From: Burkholderiaceae bacterium
GTDB taxonomy: Bacteria > Pseudomonadota > Gammaproteobacteria > Burkholderiales > Burkholderiaceae_E
Direction of reading: 5' to 3'
Length of the DNA: 64,000 nt
NCBI GenBank assembly: GCA_035628395.1
Contig: DASPJX010000204.1
Span: 5,747-69,746, forward strand
In this document: one piece after another, positions 56,332 through 64,000 of the stretch
How the letters are laid out: every line of letters begins with the position of its first letter
Numbering within the stretch: position 1 is the stretch's first letter
The notes under the pieces: generated by a model
Told to the model about the DNA's origin: nothing
The model's input: the letters and a program-made list of their open reading frames with translations, nothing else
Databases searched by the model: none
Translations under genes and position numbers: made by a program

Positions 56332-57999
56332 ATGGTGGAGCGTTCGATCTTGTTTCGCGCCAGGCCCGCTTCCGCGGGGCGTCGCAGCGTGTCCGCGACG
56401 CTCGCGGCCTGCGCCCTAGGATTCACCCTCGCGGGTTGCGGCGGGGGCGGCTCGCCCGCGGCCCCGGGGCCCGCGGCGGCGCCGAGCTGCGACCTCGCCT
56501 ACACCGTCACCGATTCGCCGCTGCTGGCCGGTCTCGACCCGCTGCTGGGCGAGCAGTGGCACCTGCGGAACACCGGGCAGAACGGCGGCACGCCGGGCGA
56601 GGACCTGCGCGCCCTCGACGTCTGGACGGCCTCGCCCCCGACCCGCGGCGAAGGCGTGCGCGTGGCGGTCATCGACGACGCGGTCGAGACCGTCCACCCC
56701 GACCTCGCCCCGAACGTCGTGCCGGGTGCGAGCTTCAGCTACCGCCCGTCCAGCCGCGGCAGCGCGCTGCCGCTGCCGTGCCGCGCCGAGCAGGACGACC
56801 ACGGGACGGCGGTCGCCGGCCTGATCGCCGCGCGCGACGGCAACGCGATCGGCGGCGCGGGCGTCGCGCCGCGCGCCGGCCTGGTCGGCCTCGACGCGCT
56901 GTCCACCTCGCTCGACGCCGACATCGCCGACGCGCTCGGCCGCGAGCGCGAGGTCAACGCCGTCTACAACAACAGCTGGGGCTCGATCGACAACGGCAAG
57001 CTGCACCCGGCCGAGGTCGCGTTCACGACCGCGATCGAGGACGGCCTGGGCACCGGCCGAGGCGGGCTCGGCTCGGTGTTCGTCTTCCCGGCGGGCAACG
57101 GCGGCTGCTACCTGCCCGAGGGCGGCAACGCCTCCACCTGCCAGCGCGACAACGCCAACTTCGACGGCTACGTGAACAAGCGCGGCACGATCGCGGTCTG
57201 CGCCGTCGACGACACCGGCCGCCAGCCCTGGTACGGCGAGCCCGGCGCGAACGTGCTGGTCTGCGCGCCGTCGTCGGGCGACCGGCCGCAGCGCGTGACC
57301 ACGACCGCGCTGAAGGGCGCGTACCGCAACGACTTCTCGGGCACCTCGGCGAGCACGCCGATGGTCTCGGGCGTCGTCGCGCTGATGCTGTCGGCGAAGC
57401 CGGAGCTGAGCTGGCGCGACGTGCGGCTGATCCTCGCCGAGACCGCGCGCCGCAACGACCCCGCCGACTCCGGCTGGACGCAGAGCCCGGCCTCCGGGCT
57501 GTGGTTCAACCACAAGTACGGATTCGGCGTGGCCGACGCCCGGGCCGCGGTCGCCCGCGCCCGCACCTGGACCACGGTCGGCCGGCGCGACGACCTGCTG
57601 GTCTGCACCGCGAACGCGGCCGCCGGCCCGCGCCCGATCGCCGACGCGGTCGGCAACGCGCCGGGCGCGCCGCTCGTCGACGCGGTCGCGGTCGCCGGCT
57701 GCGGGATCGGCAGGATCGAGTTCGTCGAGGTGATCCCCCGGCTCGCGCACGCCTACGCGGGCGACCTGCGGATCACGCTCGAGAGCCCGTCGAGCACGGT
57801 CAGCGAGCTCGCCGACACGCGGCTGTGCGGCGGCGCCGGCTCCGACCCCTGCGGCGCCTTCGAGGGCTGGACCTTCGGCTCGGTGCGCCACCTGAACGAA
57901 CCCTCGAACGGCACCTGGCGGCTGACGGTCCAGGATCGCCTGCCCGCCGACGTCGGCTCGCTGAACGGCTGGACGCTGCGCATCCATGGTCGCCCCTGA
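56332..57999 (+). CDS. Subtilisin/kexin-like S8 serine peptidase lipoprotein with a C-terminal proprotein-convertase P-domain
   Basis: In-frame part of track ORF 54994..57999, starting at ATG 56332. Lipobox FTLAGC. Catalytic triad contexts VAVIDDAV, DDHGTAVAG and GTSASTPMVSG. C-terminal P-domain-like segment (RIEFVEV...AYAGDLRITLESPSSTVSEL...NGTWRLTVQD...GSLNGWTLRIHG). Confidence 0.85.
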   Translation: MVERSILFRARPASAGRRSVSATLAACALGFTLAGCGGGGSPAAPGPAAAPSCDLAYTVTDSPLLAGLDPLLGEQWHLRNTGQNGGTPGEDLRALDVWTASPPTRGEGVRVAVIDDAVETVHPDLAPNVVPGASFSYRPSSRGSALPLPCRAEQDDHGTAVAGLIAARDGNAIGGAGVAPRAGLVGLDALSTSLDADIADALGREREVNAVYNNSWGSIDNGKLHPAEVAFTTAIEDGLGTGRGGLGSVFVFPAGNGGCYLPEGGNASTCQRDNANFDGYVNKRGTIAVCAVDDTGRQPWYGEPGANVLVCAPSSGDRPQRVTTTALKGAYRNDFSGTSASTPMVSGVVALMLSAKPELSWRDVRLILAETARRNDPADSGWTQSPASGLWFNHKYGFGVADARAAVARARTWTTVGRRDDLLVCTANAAAGPRPIADAVGNAPGAPLVDAVAVAGCGIGRIEFVEVIPRLAHAYAGDLRITLESPSSTVSELADTRLCGGAGSDPCGAFEGWTFGSVRHLNEPSNGTWRLTVQDRLPADVGSLNGWTLRIHGRP

Positions 58000-58561
58000 A
58001 CCGCTCCGACTCCCGGTCGCGCGCCTCGCGGCCTGCGCGGCGCTCGCGTTCGCCGCGGCCGCCGGCGCGACCGAGCCGCCGCGCCCCGCCGCCGGGCCCG
58101 GGGTCCCCGCGGCCAAGCACGCCCGCGTCGAGACCAAGGCGCTCGCCGCCCCGCTCGCGTGGCACGACGGCACCGCCTGGCGCGCGCTGCGCGTCGACCC
58201 GTCGCTCGAGGCCGACTTCGCGCCCGGCGCCGGCGCCCCGGGCGATCCGCTGCGGCCGGCCGGTGCGACGCCGAAGTCGGCCGGGGCGTTCGGCTCGCCG
58301 GTGCTGGTCGACGAGTCGGGTCGGCTGCGCGCGCTGCCGGGCGGCGCGATCGTCGTGCTGCGCGCGCCGCTCGAGGACGCGGCCGCGCGCGCGCTGATCG
58401 CCTCGGCGGGCGCCGTGCCGGCCCGCCGGCTCGGCGAGACCGCCTGGCTCGTCGAGTCGCCGGCCGGCCTCGCGTCGCTCGAGCTCGCGAACCGGCTGCA
58501 CGCGAGCGGCCGCTTCGCCGCGGCCCAGCCCAACTGGTGGGTGCGGCGCACCCGCAAGTAG
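57986..58561 (+). CDS. Secreted hypothetical protein with a protease-prodomain (I9-like) C-terminal half
   Basis: Track ORF of 191 aa. Its start overlaps the peptidase 3' end by 14 nt. Signal peptide LAACAALAFAAAAGA. The C-terminal pattern AIVVLRAPLEDAAARALIASAGAV...LELANRLHASGRFAAAQPNWW resembles S8 N-terminal propeptides that end ...VEYAEPNY. Confidence 0.5.
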   Translation: MVAPEPLRLPVARLAACAALAFAAAAGATEPPRPAAGPGVPAAKHARVETKALAAPLAWHDGTAWRALRVDPSLEADFAPGAGAPGDPLRPAGATPKSAGAFGSPVLVDESGRLRALPGGAIVVLRAPLEDAAARALIASAGAVPARRLGETAWLVESPAGLASLELANRLHASGRFAAAQPNWWVRRTRK

Positions 58562-58601
58562 GCGCGGCGCCCGCCCCGCTGGGGCGCTCCGGCGCGGGGC
58601 A

Positions 58602-58607
58602 TACAAT
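58602..58607 (+). promoter_or_regulatory. Putative -10 hexamer TACAAT, 32 nt upstream of pepN
   Basis: CATACAATCGG. The same TACAATCGG context occurs upstream of otsB. Confidence 0.3.
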
Positions 58608-58638
58608 CGGCGGTCCTCTCCCGCGACCCCGATACTCC

Positions 58639-61305
58639 ATGCGCACCGACCAGCCGGTCACCGTCCGACGTCTCGACTACACGCCCCCGGTCCACCGGAT
58701 CGAGCGCATCGCGCTCCGCTTCGAGCTCGACCCGGCGCGCACGCTCGTGACCGCGACGCTCGAGGTGCGCCGGCGCGACGACGCGCCCGCCGACGCGCCG
58801 CTGCGCCTCGACGGCGAGGCGCTCGAGCTCGTGTCGGCCGCGATCGACGGCACGCCGGTGCCCGCCGACCGGCTGCACGTCGAGCCCGACGGGCTGCGCA
58901 TCGACGGCGTGCCGGCGGCGTTCGTGCTGACCACCGTCGTCGCGATCTCGCCCGAGGCGAACACCGAGCTGACCGGGCTCTACGTGTCGAACGGCAACTT
59001 CTTCACGCAGTGCGAGGCGCAGGGCTTCCGGCGGATCACCTACTTCCCCGACCGGCCGGACGTGATGTCGCGCTACGAGGTCGAGCTCGTCGGCGACGCG
59101 GCGCGCTTCCCGGTGCTGCTGTCGAACGGCAACCTGGTCGACTCGGGCACGCTGCCCGGCGGCCGCCACTTCGCGCGCTGGGTCGATCCGTACCCGAAGC
59201 CCTGCTACCTGTTCGCGCTGGTCGCCGGCACGCTGGTCGCGCGCGAGGAGCGGCTCGTCACGAAGTCGGGGCGCGACGCGCTGCTGCAGGTCTGGGTCGA
59301 GCCCGGGCAGCTCGACCGCACCGAGCACGCGATGCGCTCGCTGGTGCGCTCGATCCGCTGGGACGAGGAGCGCTACGGGCTGGAGCTCGACCTCGACCGA
59401 TTCATGATCGTCGCGGTCGGCGACTTCAACATGGGGGCGATGGAGAACAAGGGGCTGAACATCTTCAACACGAAGTACGTGTTCGCCCATCCGCGGATCG
59501 CGACCGACACCGACTTCGCGAACGTCGAGTCGGTCGTCGCGCACGAGTACTTCCACAACTGGACCGGCAACCGCGTCACCTGCCGCGACTGGTTCCAGCT
59601 GACGCTGAAGGAGGGCCTGACGGTCTTCCGCGACCAGGAGTTCTCGGCCGACATGCTCGCGGCGGCGTGCCCCGACGAGGCCTCGGCGCGCAGCGCGCGC
59701 GCGGTCAAGCGGATCGACGACGTGCGCGTGCTGCGCGGCGTGCAGTTCGCCGAGGACGCGGGCCCGATGGCGCATCCGATCCGCCCGGACAGCTACCAGG
59801 CGATCGACAACTTCTACACCGTCACCGTCTACGAGAAGGGCGCCGAGGTCATCCGGATGCTCCAGACCCTGGTGGGCCGCGAGGGCTTCGCGAAGGGTCT
59901 CGCGCTCTACTTCGAGCGGCACGACGGCCAGGCGGTGACCTGCGACGACTTCGTCCGCGCGATCGCCGACGCGAACGGCCGCGACCTCGGGCAGTTCGGC
60001 CGCTGGTACTCGCAGGCCGGCACGCCGCGGCTGCGCGCAGAGCACCGGTTCGACGCCGGCGCGCGCCGCTGGACGCTGACGCTGACCCAGACGTGCCCCC
60101 CGACGCCCGGGCAGCCGCGCAAGCTGCCCTTCCACGTCCCGGTGGCGGTGGGCCTGCTCGGCTCCGACGGCCGCGAGCTGATGCACGCGATGCTCGAGCT
60201 CGTCGAGCCGTCGCAGACCTTCGTGTTCGAGGGCATCGACCCGGCGCCGGGCCCCGACGGCCGGCGCTTCGTCGTCCCGTCGCTGCTGCGCGACTTCTCA
60301 GCGCCGGTGGTGCTCGAGCACGAGACCGACGACGAGTCGCTCGCGTTCCAGCTCGCGCACGACACCGATCCGTTCAACCGCTGGGAGGCCTCGCAGCGCC
60401 TCGCGGTGTCGGCGATCCTGCGCACGATCGGCGGCGCGCCCGCCGCGCGCGCGGCCGCGCCGCTCGCCGCCGCGCTCGACGCGGCGCTCGCCGACGACGC
60501 GCTCGATCCGGCGCTGCGCGAGCAGCTGATCGGGCTGCCGTCGGAGGGCTTCGTCGCGGAGCAGCTGCCGGTGGTCGACCCGGCGGCGCTGCGCGCCGCG
60601 CGCAACGCGGTGCGCGACGCGCTCGGCGCGGCGCTCGCCGGGCGGCTGCGCGCCACCTTCGACGCGATGCTCGACGAGGGCCCCTACTCGCCCGACCCGG
60701 TCGCGGCCGGCCGGCGCGGCCTGCGCAACGCCGCGCTCGGCCTGATGGTCGAGGCCGGCGTGCCCGGCGCCGACGCGCTCGCCGTCGAGCGGATCGCGCG
60801 CACCGACAACATGACCGACCGCCTCGGCGCGCTGTCGGCGCTCGCGATGTCGCGCTCGCCGCTGCGCGAGGACGCGCTCGCCGCGTACGCGACCGAGTTC
60901 GCCGACGAGCCGCTCGCGCTCGACAAGTGGTTCATGCTGCAGGCGACGATGCACCGCCAGCCGGGCGACGCGCCGGTGGTCGAGCGCGTGCGCCGGCTGA
61001 TGTCGCACCCGGCGTTCTCGCTGCGCAACCCGAACAAGGTGCGCGCGCTGCTCACCGCGTTCTGCGGCGGCAACCTCGCCGAGTTCCACGCGGCCGACGG
61101 CTCGGGCTACGCGTTCTGGGTCGAGCAGGTGCTCGCGCTCGACGCGCTGAACCCGCAGGTCGCCGCGCGGCTCTCGCGCGCCACCGACCGCTGGCGCAAG
61201 TTCGACCCGGCCCGCCAGTCGGCGATGCGCGCGGCGCTCGAGCGCGTGCGCGCCGCGGCGCGCTCGCCCGACGTGCTCGAGGTGGTCGGCAAGGCGCTCG
61301 CCTGA
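58639..61305 (+). CDS. pepN: Aminopeptidase N (M1 family)
   Basis: In-frame part of track ORF 58159..61305, starting at ATG 58639. GAMEN exopeptidase motif and zinc motif [11 protein letters not shown]...LKEG. Confidence 0.95.
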   Translation: MRTDQPVTVRRLDYTPPVHRIERIALRFELDPARTLVTATLEVRRRDDAPADAPLRLDGEALELVSAAIDGTPVPADRLHVEPDGLRIDGVPAAFVLTTVVAISPEANTELTGLYVSNGNFFTQCEAQGFRRITYFPDRPDVMSRYEVELVGDAARFPVLLSNGNLVDSGTLPGGRHFARWVDPYPKPCYLFALVAGTLVAREERLVTKSGRDALLQVWVEPGQLDRTEHAMRSLVRSIRWDEERYGLELDLDRFMIVAVGDFNMGAMENKGLNIFNTKYVFAHPRIATDTDFANVESVVAHEYFHNWTGNRVTCRDWFQLTLKEGLTVFRDQEFSADMLAAACPDEASARSARAVKRIDDVRVLRGVQFAEDAGPMAHPIRPDSYQAIDNFYTVTVYEKGAEVIRMLQTLVGREGFAKGLALYFERHDGQAVTCDDFVRAIADANGRDLGQFGRWYSQAGTPRLRAEHRFDAGARRWTLTLTQTCPPTPGQPRKLPFHVPVAVGLLGSDGRELMHAMLELVEPSQTFVFEGIDPAPGPDGRRFVVPSLLRDFSAPVVLEHETDDESLAFQLAHDTDPFNRWEASQRLAVSAILRTIGGAPAARAAAPLAAALDAALADDALDPALREQLIGLPSEGFVAEQLPVVDPAALRAARNAVRDALGAALAGRLRATFDAMLDEGPYSPDPVAAGRRGLRNAALGLMVEAGVPGADALAVERIARTDNMTDRLGALSALAMSRSPLREDALAAYATEFADEPLALDKWFMLQATMHRQPGDAPVVERVRRLMSHPAFSLRNPNKVRALLTAFCGGNLAEFHAADGSGYAFWVEQVLALDALNPQVAARLSRATDRWRKFDPARQSAMRAALERVRAAARSPDVLEVVGKALA

Positions 61306-61365
61306 GCGTCGGCGATCTCCGGCTCGGAGGCGCTCGCCCGAGCGTCGGCGGGCTTCGCCTCGGAG
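61294..61365 (+). repeat. 36-bp imperfect tandem duplication spanning the pepN stop codon
   Basis: Copy 1 (61294-61329) is gcgctcgcctgagcgtcggcgatctccggctcggag. Copy 2 (61330-61365) is gcgctcgcccgagcgtcggcgggcttcgcctcggag. About 30 of 36 positions are identical, and the TGA of copy 1 is CGA in copy 2. Confidence 0.75.
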
Positions 61366-61519
61366 GCGCGCGCCGCCCGTCCGGACGGGGCGCGGAAGCG
61401 CCCCGCCGGTTCGCCTCGGCCGGGCGTGCGCGCCCGCCGCGCCGTGTCGGGCGTCACCGTCCCGACGGCCCGGCTTTGCGATAATCCGCGGTCGTCGACC
61501 GATCTCCGGAGAGCCCGAG

Positions 61520-62520
<1,001 letters not shown>

Positions 62521-62524
<4 letters not shown>

Positions 62525-62546
62525 GCGGCCCGTCGGGCCGGCTCAG
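62521..62546. terminator. Hairpin (CTGAGC GGCCC ... GGGCC G GCTCAG) containing the stop codons of both convergent genes (fbp and the PNPOx-family gene)
   Basis: Read directly from the sequence. One bulged base and no T-tract. Confidence 0.35.
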
Positions 62547-63154
62547 TACAGCGTCGTCCTGACCCGCTCGGCGAGCCCCGCGTCGTAGTCGGCGCCGCCC
62601 ACGCGCCCGTCGCTCGCCTGCGCGAGCATCGCGCCGGGCGTCGGCAGCCCGGCCGGACGCGCCGACGTGTCCCACAGCCCCGCGCGCACGACCGCGCGCG
62701 AGCACTGGAAGAACACCGTCTCGATCGCGACGACGATCACGCTGCGCGGCGCGCGTCCGTCCACCGCGAACGACGCGCACAGCGCCTCGTCGAGCGAGAT
62801 CCGCGCGGTGCCGCGCACGCGCAGCGTCTCGCCCAGGCCCGGCACGACGAACAGCAGGCCGAGCCTCGGATCGAGCGTCAGGTTGCGCAGCGTGTCGAGG
62901 CGGTTGTTGCCGCGCCGGTCGGGCATCAGCAGCGTGCGGTCGTCGGCGACCCGCACGAAGCCCGGCGCGTCCCCGCGCGGCGAGCAGTCGGGCCCGTCGG
63001 GCCCGACGGTGGCGAGCAGCACGAACGGCGAGGCCTCGACGAGCGCCCGGTACGCGGGCGTCAGCCGATCGGTCTCCTTGGCGATCGACGCGGGCGACGG
63101 CTCGCCGTACAGCGCGTCGAGCTCGGCGGTCGTCGTGACGAAGGATCCGTCCAC
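62543..63154 (-). CDS. Pyridoxamine 5'-phosphate oxidase-family FMN-binding protein (PPOX class, MSMEG-type)
   Basis: Track ORF 62543..63238. I place the start at GTG 63154, which has GAGGAG 5 nt upstream. SPFVLLATVGPDGPDCSPRGDAPGFVRVADDRTLLMPDRRGNNRLDTLRN and ETLRVRGTA are typical of this family. Confidence 0.7.
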   Translation of the reverse strand: MDGSFVTTTAELDALYGEPSPASIAKETDRLTPAYRALVEASPFVLLATVGPDGPDCSPRGDAPGFVRVADDRTLLMPDRRGNNRLDTLRNLTLDPRLGLLFVVPGLGETLRVRGTARISLDEALCASFAVDGRAPRSVIVVAIETVFFQCSRAVVRAGLWDTSARPAGLPTPGAMLAQASDGRVGGADYDAGLAERVRTTLY

Positions 63155-63352
63155 GGGGTCTCCTCGAACCGGCCGCGACGCGGCCGCTGGAGCGACACGA
63201 TACCGCGGATGCGGCACCCGGGCCGCGTCGGCGATCACCGCGGGCCGGCCGGACGGCCCGGCCCGATCCGGAATGCACCGGTCACCGCGACGCCTGCGCG
63301 ACGACGCGCCGAGGGCCTAGGATGGGAGGTCGCCGAGTCCACGGGAGTCGAC

Positions 63353-64000
63353 ATGCCCGCGCACGTTGCCCAGGAGGTCCGGTTCTGCAGCAGCCGGGAC
63401 GGCACCCGCATCGCCTACGCGCGCACCGGACGGGGCGTGCCGATCGTCAGGGCCGCGCACTGGCTCACGCACGTGGAGCACGAGCTCGAGTCCGGCGTCT
63501 GGCGGCCCTGGATCGCCGAGCTGTCCCGGGTCGGCCAGCTGCTGCGCTACGACGAACGCGGCTGCGGCCTGTCGGATCGCGACGTCGCCGACGTGGGGCT
63601 GGACGCTCACGTCGCCGACCTGGAAGCGGTCGTCGACGCCGCCGGGCTGGATCGGTTCGTGCTGCTCGCGCTGTCCCAGGGCGGCGCGATCGCGGCCACC
63701 TACGCCGCCCGACACCCCGAGCGCGTCTCGCACCTCGTGATGCTCGGGGCGTTCGTGCGGGGGACGCTGCGCCGGGACGTGCCCGAGGCGGCGAAGGAGG
63801 CCGCGCGGCTGTCGATCGGGCTGGTGCGCGTGGGCTGGGGTCAGGCGAATCCGGCGTTCAACCAGATGTTCACCACGCAGTTCATGCCGGACGCCCCGGC
63901 GGCGCTGCAGCGGACCTTCAACGAGATGCAGCGGCTGTGCACCTCCCCCGAGCAGGCGAGCCGGCTGCTGGGCGCGACGCTCGAGTTCGATGCGACCGCG
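63353..64000 (+). CDS. Alpha/beta-hydrolase fold protein (N-terminal part; 3' end beyond the window)
   Basis: Absent from the ORF track because it is open at the edge. My translation from ATG 63353 (GGGAG 5 nt upstream) gives MPAHVAQEVRFCSSRDGTRIAYARTGRGVPIVRAAHWLTHVEHE...RFVLLALSQGGAIAATYAARHPERVSHLVMLG, which contains a nucleophile-elbow-like LSQGG. Confidence 0.75.
   Translation, partial: MPAHVAQEVRFCSSRDGTRIAYARTGRGVPIVRAAHWLTHVEHELESGVWRPWIAELSRVGQLLRYDERGCGLSDRDVADVGLDAHVADLEAVVDAAGLDRFVLLALSQGGAIAATYAARHPERVSHLVMLGAFVRGTLRRDVPEAAKEAARLSIGLVRVGWGQANPAFNQMFTTQFMPDAPAALQRTFNEMQRLCTSPEQASRLLGATLEFDATA

Noticed and set aside
56416-60186. 1256-aa minus-strand ORF. Similar long antisense ORFs occur at 48295..50874, 43740..46142, 45791..47635, 40373..42634, 19169..21301 and 9600..12897.
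   Set aside because: Each is antisense to a gene with clear signatures (S8 peptidase/pepN, ccmF, ccmI/ccmA, ccmB/ccmC, otsA in another frame, the VWA protein, MarR and others). They have low-complexity R/A/G/P/D composition and lack any start context.

Overview
64-kb, very GC-rich (about 70% or more by eye), gene-dense chromosomal segment. The gene families (two Bug/TctC-type binding proteins, a TctCBA transporter, a complete System I ccm operon) suggest a Betaproteobacterium of the Burkholderiales type; this is inference only. I resolve about 56 protein-coding genes. I found no rRNA or tRNA genes, no CRISPR array and no transposase, integrase or phage genes. The ORF track uses the longest ATG/GTG/TTG start and is full of long antisense shadow ORFs typical of high GC. 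I therefore re-derived many starts from stop/start overlaps (ATGA, GTGA, TTGA), Shine-Dalgarno spacing and conserved N-terminal motifs.

Gene blocks, in order:
- 1-11098: divergent aromatic/indole-type catabolic supercluster. One arm carries an aryl-CoA ligase, Rieske dioxygenase alpha/beta and IorAB-type 2-oxoacid:ferredoxin oxidoreductase. The other arm carries a thiolase-like gene, a DUF35-SDR-like fusion, a cyclase/isatin-hydrolase-family gene and MarR.
- 11.2-17.4 kb: housekeeping genes (metal hydrolase, IMPase family, aldo/keto reductase, SixA-like, BenE, prfC).
- 17.5-21.4 kb: Bug binding protein plus an orphan CbbQ/NorQ AAA+ and VWA pair.
- 21.4-28 kb: cls, a CDF exporter with an extreme His-rich N-terminus, a hybrid histidine kinase and a CorC/HlyC transporter.
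- 28.1-34 kb: tctCBA, an enolase-superfamily enzyme and a YddA-like ABC transporter.
- 34-36.7 kb: guaC and a DEAD-box helicase.
- 36.8-42.7 kb: trehalose locus (otsB, glk, GH15, membrane-anchored otsA).
- 42.9-43.9 kb: aldo/keto reductase.
- 44.2-51.5 kb: ccmIABCDEFGH.
- 51.5-64 kb: dgoK, EamA, HU, flavin reductase, PLP enzyme, S8/P-domain lipoprotein with a small partner, pepN, fbp, PNPOx-family protein and an alpha/beta hydrolase cut by the window edge.

Most interesting observations:
- A thiolase-like protein lacking the thiolase Cys/His, coupled to a DUF35 domain fused to a degenerate SDR. This looks like a retro-aldolase module inside a possible indole-3-acetate/isatin pathway.
- otsB, whose catalytic DxDGT motif lies upstream of any canonical start codon.
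- An OtsA with a roughly 255-aa two-TM sensor-like N-terminal extension.
- A strictly 24-bp-phased, GATC-dense tandem repeat array in the dgoK/eamA divergent promoter.
- An S8 protease lacking a prodomain, followed by an overlapping gene for a prodomain-like secreted protein.
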